Positions 49,217-62,362 of a DNA stretch of 64,000 nucleotides are shown here, piece after piece. Positions within the stretch are counted from its first letter, which is position 1, and each line of letters starts with the position of its first letter. Source of the stretch: Lama glama. Lineage: Eukaryota. Made by a program: the position numbers and the translations under genes. The notes beneath the pieces are model-generated. The model saw nothing but the letters and a program-made list of their open reading frames with translations. It ran no database searches and was not told the origin of the DNA. The stretch lies in NCBI GenBank assembly GCA_028534125.1, contig CM052817.1, positions 13,332,001 through 13,396,000 on the forward strand, written 5' to 3'.

Positions 49217-50466
49217 ACGCGCCCCTGGCAGCTTCGGTCTTTGGAAAATGTCGTATACTCCTTGGCCCTGTTGGACTAATCAATGCTTCATAGTGGAAAT
49301 ATTTGAAATATATTGTAAAATACAGAACCGACTTATTTTTATTATGAGAATGAAGACTTCTTTTCTGCATTTAGAGAAAAAAAAATATGCTTGAACTAAA
49401 GCTTCCCGGATGCTGGAGAAGTATGAAGAAAGGTACACCTGAAGGCATCTGAGCCACGATGCAACCCAGATTCAGCTTTGTAACACGCCGAAGACCAGCA
49501 GAAGCACATACTCAAGGGAGAGACGAGGTACTCTGTGCTGACGTGAAGGTGCCGAGAGCATCATCCCCTGAGCCCTCATCCGCACCCACGCGGTTCAGGA
49601 GGACAAGCCAAGCACACGTGTGTGAGTGAGGACACAAGGCGGTGGAACGGAACTCCAGAATTCACAGCCAGAACGAACAGATGAGAAGTATTTTATGCAA
49701 ACTATAAAGTGTCCTGAAGACCTGGGTTCCCTCCATCAGAGGAGACAAGAGTGCTAAAATCAATTTTATCTTCCTTTTAAACGTCAGCATGTTAGCAGGA
49801 GAAGCACACAAAAGTGTTTATCTGCCGTTTTCCAGTATTAATTTTTTTGTAATATAAATGACAAAGGAGATGATAAAGAACCAATAGATTATTGATAAAG
49901 AAATTAGTAATAATATGAATTTTTGTTTCTATGAGTTCTAAACAGCCCTATACAGTATTCGGTTTCAATGAGAAATATTTATTGTATCAAAGTACATTGT
50001 ACTTAACATTTTAGGCCATCCTTTTGCTGTTTCTCGATGCTTTAATATATATTAATTTATAATTGTCCTGATATTTTTGTACATTTTTCAAACTTAAAAA
50101 TCAGGATTATCTTTTTTTTTTTTTGGCAATAGTACTAACATAAGGTGTTCTCTTGGGATAAATATGTGTTGATCTGTTTGTTTACCTTGACATCTGACCA
50201 CTGGTGTCACTGACCTACTGGCCTCACTCAGGACACCTGCAGAGGGTGTGTAAAGTCTGTGAGAGACGGTCCTTGTACAGAAAGTGGCCCCTCTGCAGGG
50301 TGTCGTCACAGAACAGAAATGGTGTGTAGCAATCAACACTAGAAAGGTAGATCTTTTACAAATTACTATTTCCTTGACGCTTTCTTTTTTTTGCCCTTTT
50401 ACCGGGGGTGGGGTGGGGAGAGAAAAGGCTGTAATGTCAAGAACTGTGATTTTTCGTTTTCCAAAC

Positions 50467-50472
50467 AATAAA
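50467..50472 (+). terminator. Candidate polyadenylation signal AATAAA
   Basis: First canonical hexamer after the stop; upstream TGTA (50431) and U/GU-rich sequence downstream. Confidence 0.55.
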
Positions 50473-50712
50473 GCTCCTTTATTACCTTAATGTTCCCATG
50501 TTAACATGTTTGCTGCTAAATGACAATGTAGAATTGATAATGATTTATCGTGGACTGTGCTCTTCCCTCATTAAAAATCCCAGGGTACCCTGTAAAGATG
50601 CAGATGTTTCTTTCCAAAACCTTTTTTACAAAGAAAACTAGACCTACATGTATAATACAGTGTGCTTTGTCTTTCTTCAGACTAATATCAGTTCCACTAC
50701 TGATGTTTGTAA

Positions 50713-50718
50713 ATTAAA
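50713..50718 (+). terminator. Candidate distal polyadenylation signal ATTAAA
   Basis: Preceded by TGTA; followed ~25 nt later by GU/U-rich 'cttgttggttttctt'. Confidence 0.55.
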
Positions 50719-52529
50719 CAGATATTTACTTCATTAACAGCTTGTTGGTTTTCTTAGAAATTGCCTGCTATTTAGAGCCCCCTCCTTAAGAATTTCTTAA
50801 ACAAGGTGATACCGAAGGAACAGGGAAGGAAGCCTATACCTTTGTGTTGCCAGAAATTCCTTTGAGATAAGCACTCTGTCACATTTGGGAACTTTGGCAT
50901 GGGCACATGAAAGAGAGGGATACAACACATTCTTGGCTGGGAAAAAAAATGCATATTCAATTAATCTCTTCCCCTCCAAAATATTATCAGATGGTATCTA
51001 ACTAATCCAAATTGTTTTTGTTTTTCTTTTCCTCTCAATTAGAACCAGATGGAAAATAGCAAGAGACAGAGTGCCTTTCTCCTCAGGCAAGGGATCAGGG
51101 TTGGCGGAGGGGATGTAATATCAAGGTATATCATCCAGGACAGGTCGCCCACCGTGCTAAGATTTCTTCGTTCCCCTGTGGAAAAAAAACAGGCATATGT
51201 GAAAACACACACACACACACACACAGCCTCTTTCACAGACACAGATGCCCAATAATTTATTCACTCCTGTTAAAACGTCTATGTTTTAATTATAGAAATA
51301 GTGTACGGTCATTGTAAAAAATTTATTTATTCCCACTCGTTCTTCTTTTCTTCGCGGGCATGTGCTATCTTAATAGTCACTGTTTTTTGAGGGCTCATTA
51401 TACGGTGGGCACTGTGCCAAGGGCTTCATCTGAAATACCTCGTTCGTCTCCCACTACAAACCTGTGGGAGTGCTCTGCTCCCTGTCTTACACAGGCGTCA
51501 ACCGCTCAGACGCTCCAGCTCAGGCCCTGCACAGAAGATAAAGGCAGCACAGCAGCCTGGTAATTAGGTCCCTCTTCTAAGGGGCCTTCAAGCCTTGGAG
51601 CCTTATTTCCACAGCACAGCTATTGTCTTTGCTGGTCTTGTCAACGTACGTAATCTACATTAGAGACTTTCTTTTGCCTTCGTTTTTTAAGGAAATATTA
51701 GTAGTTTGCAGAAAGTTATTCTTTCTTCTTCCTGCTTATAAAGGCACAAAATAGAATTATGTTTGCCTGGAATTTGGGCTGATTTAGCAAGTTTCTTAGG
51801 GGATTACTCACCTTGTGATGGGACTACTTTCTGCAAGAGCCCTTCTTTGAAAAAATTCAATAATCAAATAATTACTAGTAAATGAGACAAATTAAGGACA
51901 GTTATTCACGTTCTAAAACGCTGTTTACTTATAAAGCCTTGACCATAGGATTTCTTTGATAGAAGACTGGAGCATTTCCAACAGAATTCAATATGTTAAA
52001 AAAAATTTTGCATATTTCAGAATCAAGGATGCTACACAGGATAATGTACATTTGTAATCTGAAAAGATAAGGTCATTAAACATCCTTAATATATTTAAGT
52101 TTTCACGCCAGTGATGAGGTACCTACAGGAACTGCCACGGAGATTTGACATGTGTTCGATTTAAGATGTGTTCATTGAATAATAACTATCTCAATCTTCA
52201 CAATTTGTTTTCACCGCAGATTTCCTGAAATTATTTCTAAGCAATAATAGACTAACCCTGGTTTTAAAATTGCTCTGAGCGTTTTCTTTTTGGATGACTT
52301 GCTTTGTCAGCAGCAATTCTTCCTGGAGAAATGATTAAAAGACTGTGGGAATCGATTCAGGACTTAAAGATCTTGAGTGTTATGGTGCCATCTGCTTCAT
52401 ATAGTGACCATTATTTCAAAAGTAATGTTTGTAAAAGTATATAAGCTATAAAAGTATATGAAGCTTTAGATAAAGTATATAAAGTGATATAAAATACATA
52501 AGCTATTTTCATTCTTAATCCACTCTTGT

Positions 52530-53015
52530 GTACTCAAGTGACTTAGCAGATTTTTATTTCCTGTCTCCCATTATGTGCAGGAAGTTATGCTACACTTTTG
52601 ATATGTAGATTCAAATGCAACAGACATCACTTCTGCCATTTTAGAGTATACACTGCGTGCATTTGGAGTTGAGGTTAAAATGGGTAATAGTATTATGCAA
52701 ATGACTAAAATAGACATATAATTTCCTATTGTGATAAGCTCCCTGAAGGAAGCTATGAGGTACTAGAACAAAGTGAAGCAGAAGGATCCGATCAGATACA
52801 TATCGGGAGGTTAGGGCATGCCTCTGCGAGGAAGTGACGCTCGAGTCAAGTCATGAAAGATAAAGTAGGTTCTAGGATGCAGACAGATGGAAATAAATGT
52901 GAGGGTCAAGATTAGGGGGGTCCATGCAGAGAGGACAGCCTGTTTAGAGGTCTGAGGAGGGGGGAAAACTCTTACATGGTGAAGGAAACAAAAGAGTTCC
53001 TGCAGCCAGAGTGAG
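52530..53015 (-). mobile_element. L2 relic
   Basis: agggcatgcctctgcgaggaagtgacgctcgag..cagagaggacagcctg motif typical of antisense L2. Confidence 0.5.
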
Positions 53016-54419
53016 GGATGTATTTATTTCACATGTGTGATACAGCAGTGACCATTTTCTCTCTATTAACTCACTTCATCTAGTCTATTTTTTTCTTTTG
53101 AGCATCTGTTTACAGTAAGCTTTTAAAATGCCAACAAAAATGGATTTCTGTTTTAAAATAGCAACCAGTTCATTGTGTTTAATGCAGTTCCAAACGAAAT
53201 GCCTCTGAAGACCCAGAAAATATGAACACTTCACAATATCACTGAAAATTAAGAGTAATATTTCTGGAATCTCAAAAGAAGTTTCATGAACTCAAAAGCT
53301 GATGAGGCAGGATTAAAAGAAGCAACTGCTGGCCACCCCATGGTTTGACACTCGTGAGCGTTCCTCACTCTGGACACCGAGGCCAGAGACTCAGGAAAGG
53401 AGTCAACTGGTAAACCAGGAAAAAAAATATTTGTGCATTAGGGGGCCACCTGTGAGGATGTCAGAGGGCTGTTTTTCCAGGCAATGAGGTAACATTGTTC
53501 TGTATCTGCTAGGATGCTCCTGTTTTCATTAAAGGCACTGAAACATTGCAAGAAATGCTAAAGAAGACCGGTAATGTTAAACTGACTCTTGAGAGGTGTA
53601 GTCTCTATAAGCAAACCACTGTGGATATGGACTGAGCCTGGAAGAGCCATGGTAGAGATGCTTGCTTAGAACCATGGGAGGAGGGAAGTACTGTATCAAT
53701 TCAGAAAACTGGAGATCAGATGCATTATATGGACTCACTGTTAAGCAAATAAAATGGTTTGAACAAAAGCATGGCAGTGGAAACACACAGGCCATATTGA
53801 GGGGTGAGGGCTAAGACCTTCAGAATTCTTCTTGGAATTAAAGTTTATTAAGATCGAGTAAGAGAATGGTTTGTCGAGACCAGAAATATGGGAACTTTAG
53901 ATGAGTAGCAGAATGTAAAATCTATTGAGCAGGTGGCTGTTTTGTAAGTATATAAAAAAAGGTAAAAGTGAGGCATGAAAAAGGGGAAAAATGGACAATG
54001 AATTAGAAGAGACTTACAGACTGCATTTTTACAGTGGAATAATTAATAATTCATGACGACCTTGGGTATGTTTGGCAAGGATGAAGGGGAAATCAAGGTT
54101 AGCTCCTGTTTGTCTCTGCTGTTTCTAAAGCACGAAAGTTGAAATGTGGGTTTCAAATGCAGCATGTTGACTGCGTAGGGCTGGAAACAGCCTGAGGGTC
54201 AGAGTCGCTGACCTGAGAAGCCCCAGCCTTCTGCTCTCAACCCATCTTCCACTCCACTGAATGAAAACAGTACGTTTTTCTAGGTCGTGTCTTTTATATC
54301 TTTCAGTATCTTTAATTAAATGTCTTTAATCAACTCCTTCTGTGGGATAAAATCCACTCTTTAGTGTGGTACTCCAGATTCCTCACAAAGTGAACTCCTC
54401 AAGCTTTAAATATATGCTC

Positions 54420-54678
54420 TTTTTTAAAAATTCTTTTCTAGTGAAGTATAGTCAGTATACAATGTTGTGTTAATTCCTGGTGTGCAGCATAATGTTTCAG
54501 TTACGCATATATGTATATATTCCTTTTCATATTCTTTTTCATTATAGGTTATTACACGACATTGAATAGAGTTCCCTGTGCTATACAGGAGAACCTTGTT
54601 GTTTATCTATTTTATGTATAGTAGTTTGTATCTACAAATCTCAAACTCCCAGTTTATCCCTCTACCACCACCCCCTTA
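54420..54678 (-). mobile_element. L1 3'-end fragment
   Basis: T-rich start; tgaagtatagtcagtatacaatgttgtg..gttccctgtgctatacag..ctcccagtttatccc. Confidence 0.9.
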
Positions 54679-56830
54679 CTGTTAAATTGACAAATTGTAG
54701 GAAAGGATATTTTAAAACAAATTATAGGCTGGGATGCCTGAAACCATAGATATAAGATTCATCCACATAGAAGTGGTAGTTGAAGCCAAGAAGATGGATG
54801 AGCTAATTTAGATTCACTATAGAATGGACTTGACCAGAAACATAAGATCCAACATTAGATAATGCTTAAGTTTCTAGAAGGAAATGGTCCCAGAGCGGAG
54901 ATGAAGAAGGAGCAGTTTTAATAGAGTGATGACACAGAAGCTGGATAGCCATGGAAAGGAATGGAAGTTACGAGTAGTCACGAGTAATAGACTCCCCTCT
55001 TGATAAATCTGTTAGCAAAAGAAGAGGGGAGTCGGGATGGCAAGTGGAAGAGTGGGTGAGGTCATGGGGCTGCCGTTCAATGAGTCAGCAACTATTCGGT
55101 TCATTCCCAGCTGTCATAGTTTGTGAAAATGTGGGGCAAACACTTAGGGTATACACCCAAGGTAATACTGAGGTCCAAGGGCACACCAGGTCATCAACTA
55201 CATGAGCTAGTTGAACAGTGAAAGGTAAAAGTGGGGCCCAGTTACAGTGGGGTTAAAGAAACAGGGTTCCCGAGAACAAGAAGCCACAGAATGGCCCAGA
55301 GTGGGGAGAATAATGTGTACACAACAGTTCTGTTCCAAATGCACTTCTCAGTTGTCTCTTCCTCCCACAAAAGGGAAATAGAGGACACTTGCAAGTGCCA
55401 ACTGCATCCAAAGAACACAAGATTCAGCCCAGGGGCGGCATTGCCATCTTGCATTTGGAACTACCTTTGTCTTTGTGTCGATAGGTGGGTGGCTGAATTT
55501 GGATGCTAAAGAAAATCAAATATTGAAACACAGACACAAAATGAGAGAGTGGGAGAAACAGCCACAGAGACAATCATCCAAAACACTTGCTCTCATTAAT
55601 CTTATTTTCCCTTCTTGAAATGGCTAGATTTATTTTCAGTTTGTTCACATAGATTGTGGCAGAGAGATTAAGTGACTTGCCCAAGGTCACACAGCCCAGA
55701 TCTCCTGACTCCAACCGTAATACGGTATTGATCTCACTGGAATTGATGCAGTCTGTGACTGTCCTCATGAGGTAATGCTGGAGGAATGAGCATTTCTTAA
55801 GGGGAGTTATTGTGTTTCTTTTGAATGCCCATGAGTAGCACTCACTTCCCCAATAAAAACACATTAAAATCTTTATACCTCTCATTTGGTACAGAACAAT
55901 TAATGAGACTTTTTTTACAGGACTTTTCTTTCAGGAACTGAAAAGTCCTGTTTGCGTGGCTGCTTAAGTATTTCTGGTCGTCCTTCTGGTCAGGTCAGGT
56001 GTGCCCTGATTGAGTGGGGCCCACCGAGAGCAATTGAATTCTGTTGCTAAGATAGTCACAAGGACAGGATCGAACATGCCCTGGTCTGGTGATATCAGCT
56101 GCAGTCGCAGCCTTGGACTCATTCCAGATCCCAAGGCATTCTCTGTAACGGGTAAAGAACTAGGCAGAAACTTCTCTTTGTATAAGCATGTCTGATAACA
56201 TCCCTGTGCACGGTTTCAAAGGCCCGCGTTGTGGCAGCAAAGAGCAGGATGCACGTCTGTGAATTACCTGATCTTGCGGTTACTTGACCCACTTGGTTTC
56301 TGCTCACAATATTCCCATTCAGTTACCTCCACCACCAGTTCTTACTTTCAATTACATCTCCACATTGATTTTTTTTCATTCCTGTTATTCCTATGTTCGC
56401 TACAGTTCTTCTCTTCTGATGCCTGTCAGCGCCTCTCTGAGCTGTGAAATGAGAGGGAACACATTTCTGAACGACAGGCACCATACTCTGTTTGATTAGG
56501 AAATACATCTCATCATTTGACAGAAAGAAAAAAAGTGCAGTGGTCTCACAGCTCAGAGAATGAAGTGGAAACCCCTGTATCTTTCTCTCCTCATTTAACC
56601 TCAAATTTCCTTTTTTCTAAATGCTTCCATATTTTGGAACATTAACACAGGACTGTACCAAATAGGACAGGTGGTCTGAGAGTGAAGAGTACGAATGTAG
56701 TGACCCACATCACAGCACAGCTGTCATCGCAGCCCGGCACACGCAAGGGCCAAGCGTGCCAGGGGAAGAGACCCAGGCAGTGCAGCTTGGTGGGACCTAG
56801 AGTGGCTCCTCTCAGCCCTGATATGCAGGT

Positions 56831-56891
56831 ACACACACACACACGCACACACACAGACATACATACACACACACAGACATAAACACACACC
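56831..56891. repeat. Imperfect (CA)n microsatellite
   Basis: CA run with several interruptions. Confidence 0.9.
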
Positions 56892-57539
56892 CCCCATGTG
56901 GTTTCCCAGAACAAAATTCCACTCACAAACTCACTGATTTCAAAGTCAGAATAAATTAGGGGAAATCCCGTGATATCTCATCATCTGAGCGTTGAGCCCC
57001 AGCTAAAGAACCTACACTTGCAGACATCCTGGAGCACCCAACTCAGAGGCCAGACGACATGTGAGCTCACCAGCTGAGGGAGACAGACAGGATTCCAGGA
57101 ATCTAACCTTCCTTCATGCAGGAAAAAAAGGTAAAATTTAAGTTACTCAAGGAATTGTCAGAGATCCAAATCTAAAAGAATGATAGTTGAAGATCTGTGT
57201 GCTCCCATTTTTTTTCAATCTGAATCCTATTCTTTTTAAAAGCAGAATCTCCTTACCCAATTTCAGTTATGGCTGTCGCAGTACAATATGGAACCTGCCC
57301 AGTGGGACCATTGTTAACAAAACCACCACAGCTGGAAAGACATCCTTGTCCTAAGAATATCAAGGGGTTACTCTTCCAGGTTCCTTTTCTTCACCTCAGC
57401 TTTGGCGCTTGCATTCACATTCCAGTTTAATGGGAGTGTGCGTCCAACCCTTGTCCTCCAGATCTATTAGCATGACCTGGTGACTCTCATGTGGACACTG
57501 TGACACTTCTGCCAGGGACAGTTCAGAAACAAAGGACTT

Positions 57540-57930
57540 ACTCTGCCGGATGCCAGGCCCTCAGCCAGTGGGCAGCCCTTACCCATCAGCCCACTTTGGA
57601 TTTGCCTGGCTTCAGAGAAACCTCTTTTCCAGGGTCACACACTCGTTCCAGGGCAGTCTACATGCAATGACTAGATGATACTGACATGTAAATGCCGGAT
57701 TCCCTCTCTTCAGTTTGGGGCCTTGATGAAGGGCCACCCCAGCTTCAGAGCTCCTCACGGGATTGGCCAGAACCTTCTTTAAGTCTGCATCATGATGCAA
57801 CTCCTCCCTCCACCCAAGCCTGCTTCCTCGCCTTCCTTTCCATGGGTGGTTGTTCCAAGAGCACTCCCTCAGAAACCTTATGCTTGCGCCGTCAGCTTCC
57901 CGGGGAGTGCAGCCTGGAATCCTCCTGTCT
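57540..57930. mobile_element. Ancient ERVL-type LTR relic (LTR16-like)
   Basis: gccctcagcca..cttccctc..agcactccctcagaaac..cgtcagcttcccgggga; family uncertain. Confidence 0.4.
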
Positions 57931-58426
57931 CCAAGTCAAGTAGCGAACAGGGAGCTGGAATGCGGCAGTGAGATGAGCCCGGAGAGGTATAGAAAGTGGC
58001 GAACTTCTACCCTAGGGAACTCAGGGAGGGAATGGGGCTAAAACGAGATTCAGTGGCAGAGTGGCTGCCTGCTTGAGTGAGCCAGTCATCACCACCTGAC
58101 CCCCGATGTGGGCAGTCCTCTAGAAACCGGCAGAAGATTCCTTCTTGTCTGTCCTTTACCTTGGCCACAGGTCTCACACTTACCCCTCAACAAGGGGTCC
58201 AGGCTGCTGTCTTACAGACTCAGAACCCTAATGCTTTCCCCCCCATGGTCCTTCAAGGTCCTGCAGTTTCCTCATTAAGCCTCTCAAACATAAAAAAAAA
58301 AAAAATGATTTCCACTGCATCATGGAGAATAGAGCGTCATCTCCCCCAAAGGACCTGACCTTAGCAACCCAAAGGCCCCTTATGACTCAGTTTCACTCTT
58401 CCAGGAGCAAGTGAAGAATTATCTGG

Positions 58427-59085
58427 TGTGTCAGTCAGCTCAGGCTGCTCTAACAAAATACCAAAAACTGGATGGCTTAAGGAACAGAAATTTATTTCTA
58501 GAGGCTGAAAAGTCCAAGATAGGTGGCAGCCAGGTTCTCTCTGGCCTGGTGCAGCCTGCAGTAGATTGTGTTGACCCCAAGTAGAGCATGACATGAAGAA
58601 GATGCTGTGTGCTTATCGCTCTGGCCAACCAGAGTCAAGAGAAGAAATGGTGCTGTGATTATCAGTTGCTGTATAACAAATCATTCCGGAACTTAGTAAC
58701 TTAAAAAATAAATAGTCATTTTCAAACTCTCACAGTTTCTATTGGACAAGATTTGGGGAAGAGCTAGACAGTTCCTCCTCATGGGCTGAAGGCTTGACTG
58801 GGGCCAGCTGAGGGCCAGAAGCCTCCGTTTTCTCCAGTAGGACCTTTCACATTGCTGCTTGAATGTCTTCCTTGCATGGTGCCTGGCTCCCCCTGGAGTA
58901 ACCAGTCCAAGACATCACAGTGGAAGCTGCCTTTTAAGACCTAACCTTGAATGGCACACATTCTCACTCCAGTATTATTCAGAACAGGGTTCAGCTTTGA
59001 TTGACTCTATGAAGAGATTACATAAGGACATGAACACTAGAGGTGAGGGTCACTGGGGCCATCCTGGAGCCTGCCTCCCAGAAAC
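58427..59085 (-). mobile_element. MaLR LTR fragments (two MLT1-type pieces)
   Basis: tcaggctgctctaacaaaatacc..ggatggcttaa..cagaaatttatttc; ttgctgtataacaaatcattcc..aacttagtaacttaaaa. Confidence 0.65.
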
Positions 59086-59339
59086 CGTGTCTAAGAGTTA
59101 TCCATTTGCATGGAAAACGCCAACGGAAGCACTGGTCAGTGACTAATTCTGAATCAAACTCTGAAGTAAAGAAACCTGCATCTGGAATCTTCCCAGAACG
59201 TATATACATGTAATTCCAGAACATTACTGCTTAATCCAAGTCCTTTCCTTATTCTAAACTAAATAAATACTAGTCTTTCTAGTAGACTGCGCTACTCAAT
59301 ATCTATGTATTACTGCATCCACAAAGATTAGAGGAACTC

Positions 59340-59830
59340 CCAATACACAGTTGCTTAATAAATTGTGCTAAGTGCTGGGTATAAAATACTGAATTAAAGA
59401 GATGTGGCCTCTACCCTTATGGAGCATCCATTCTAGTAGGGAAGCCAAAAAAGTCAAGTAAACGAACAAAGAATTGCTTCCTTGAAAATTATCAGACGTT
59501 CAGTGAGGCCTGGTGAAATGGAAAATAGTTACGGAAGGGAGCATGTTTTATGCAAGGTGGTCAGAAGAGGCTTCGGTGCGGAGGTGGTGACCGAGCTGGG
59601 TCCTGCCAGAGGACGACGCGCATCCCGGGGAGAAGGAGACTCGAGCAGCAGAGCCTGGGGTGAGAAGAGAGTGCCTGAGAGACCGGAAGGGTGGGCGAGG
59701 CTGAGGCACAGGCAGGAGGGAGCGGCGCCGGGTGGGGTTGCTCAGGGCCACCAGGGCCAGCCTGCGGACCATGAAGGGGCCAAATTTGAAATGTTATTCA
59801 AAGTCAGATAGGAAGCCATTGAATATTTTT
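59340..59830 (-). mobile_element. L2 relic, locally GC-enriched
   Basis: tgtgctaagtgctggg..ctacccttatggagc..ttctagtaggg; gtggtcagaagaggc..gaggtggtgac; ggaagccattg. Confidence 0.6.
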
Positions 59831-61560
59831 TAAAACACAGATTGGATATTAACTCAAAGTGTAAGCACTCTCTGAATATTCACGTTTTAAGAGAGACTAT
59901 CGGAGACTTTCACTTCCTCTCCGTCCCCACTCGGCTCACGTTCAGTCTTGCCCTTCCTCTTCCTCTCTCTTCAATACTCCCGCCCCTTCTTTTCCCTCCA
60001 CTCAGTAGAGCCCTGTTTCCTCCCCTTGGCGACTAGTATTCTGTGATGAAGTCACACGTTCTTCCTTCTACTCTGGAATGATACAGAGATCGTCAGGGAA
60101 TAAAGCTAACCTTCCTGAGGAACAGGGAGAGTCAGACCCACGTCTTACTGCAGGATTTCCCGTTCCTCTAGAGAAACCTCCATTAGTACCACCAACTACA
60201 GGGCTTCCAAAGGGTGACTTTTTTTATTGCAATATTATAACAGATTTCTTCCTCCTCTCTTCTCCTAGCCCAGACCTTACCTGCCCTTGGAGTCAAAGGT
60301 GGCTAATTTGTTCAAAACAATCAATGTGGTAGATGGCCAGTCTACATTTTTTTTTCCTGCAGATAGCAAGAGAGTAAATCACTCTAGCTTTGTGCCATAA
60401 GATTTCTTTTGCATGTACTGAATTCTGTCATTATTATGTAGACTGTAATGATAGCCACAGATACTACATAAATGAATGAGTGGCTATATTCCAATAAAAC
60501 TTTGTGAACAAAATTTTATATTTCATACAATTTTGATTTTCATGGGTTTGCTCTCTCAGTTGCCTTCAGCTCAAAATAATTTTTATGTCAAAATGGTGTA
60601 TGTCAAAAGGGCTGACACATTCTGTTTTCTTCATAGGTATATGGAAAATAATTAGCAGTGACAAAGAAAGGAGTGGTAACAGTCAATGGGATCAAAGAGA
60701 GTTGAAAGAGGCTTCCTGGAAGAGGTGGCATTTAGTCTGGCAGAAATAATAGAGAAAAGAGGATAGAAGTCATTGTTCTATTTTGGCACTGAGAAAAAGA
60801 AAAGGTCACAGGCAGCTGAGGTTGAAGTTGAAGCTTCGAGAAGACAGATGCCCGCTGCAGGGCTGCCAGAAAGGCTGTCCACATGGGGATGCCAAATGTG
60901 AAGACAGCTGGGCATACCCCAGGCTGGGCTTCTAGAGCTAATTGGTGGCCACATTTACAAAATAAAAGTGACTGACAAGAGGGCTGTCATATTTCTATTG
61001 ACTTCATCCCGTCCCAAGCTCTTAACCGTATGCCTGGTTCCTGAGGCCAAGTTGGGGCCTGGAAATGCAGTCTGAAGTTGCTGACAGCACTCAGTATCCT
61101 TACAAAAGAGTGAAACATTGATAGATTGAAGGTGGAGTTTAATTCAGTTATGTTTCCAATGATATCTCAGAAAATATATCTGTTACATTCCTTTTCCCAC
61201 AAAATACCTAGCTATGATTTTTTAATTTTTAAAAAATTTATAGCTGAGTTGTAAGAAAATAGAGAAATCACCAAGGGCCAAAACTTAAGAGGAATCTGGG
61301 AGAATCTGTAACCATAGGCCTGCCTTCATGAGGGCTGAGTTTTAAATTTGCATTACCTCTAAATAAATTAATTTAAAGAGGTCTTAACTTGCTAGCTTTT
61401 GGGAGACCTGGCAGAAAGAAACATAATTACTCTTTGTAAGATGAATACCAACAATTTTAACATTCTCTGAAAAGCCAGAATGATAGAATATAAAACACGA
61501 GAGTAAGTAAGCCACCCTAAATGGGGTTAATCAGGAAAATTAAATCCACTTAGCATTCAT

Positions 61561-62039
61561 TTCCACAATTTACTTTTTTCCTTTCATATTTATAATCAGT
61601 TTACAATGTTGTGTCAATTTCTGGTGTACAGTATAATGTCTCAATCATACATATAATTATATTTCCTTTTCATAGTCTTTTTCATTACGGGTTACTACAA
61701 GATATTGAGTATAGTTCCCTGTGCTGTACAGTAGAAACGTGTTGTGTATCTATTTTATATATAGTAGTTATATCTGCAAATCTCAAACTCCCAATTTATC
61801 CCTTCCCACTCCCTTTCCCCACAGTAACCGTAAGTTTGTTTTCTTTGTGAGTCTGTTTCTGTTTTCTAAATAAGTTTACTTATGTCTTTTTTTTAGATTC
61901 CACATATAAGTGATATCATACTTATTCTTCTTTCTCTATCTGGCTTACTTCACTTAAGATGACAATCTCCAGATCCATTCATGTTGTGGCAAATGGCATT
62001 ATTTTACTCTTTTTCACTTCTGAGTAGTATTCCATTATG

Positions 62040-62084
<45 letters not shown>

Positions 62085-62362
62085 GAATACATATATATGT
62101 ATATACCACATCTTCTTTATCCAGTCATCTGTCAGTGGGTATTTAGGTTGCTTCCGTATCTTGGCGGCTGTTGTAAATAGTGCTGCTGTGAATATTGGGG
62201 TGCAGGTGTCTTAGTTTGATGCAGCTGTTATGGAAAACAGTACAGAGATTCCTTAAAAAACTAAAAGTAGACTTACCATGCAATCCAGCAATCCCACTCC
62301 TGGGCAGATATCTGGAGGGAACCTCTAATTCAAAAAGACACATGCACCCTAGTGTTCATAGC
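61561..62362 (-). mobile_element. L1 insertion with 5' inversion; internal (CA)n/(TA)n
   Basis: Antisense L1 3' part 61561-62210, then sense ORF2 piece 62211-62362 (LKKLKVDLPCNPAIPLLG); flanking tagcattcat repeats. Confidence 0.9.

Larger units (their letters stand above)
49217..50740 (+). other. SLIT2: SLIT2 3'UTR (end approximate)
   Basis: Follows the stop codon; no recognisable repeats, AU-rich blocks; poly(A) hexamers at 50467, 50570 and 50713. Confidence 0.7.

Noticed and set aside
48930..49370. 146-aa antisense ORF over the last exon
   Set aside because: Same GC-shadow effect; no domain-like sequence.
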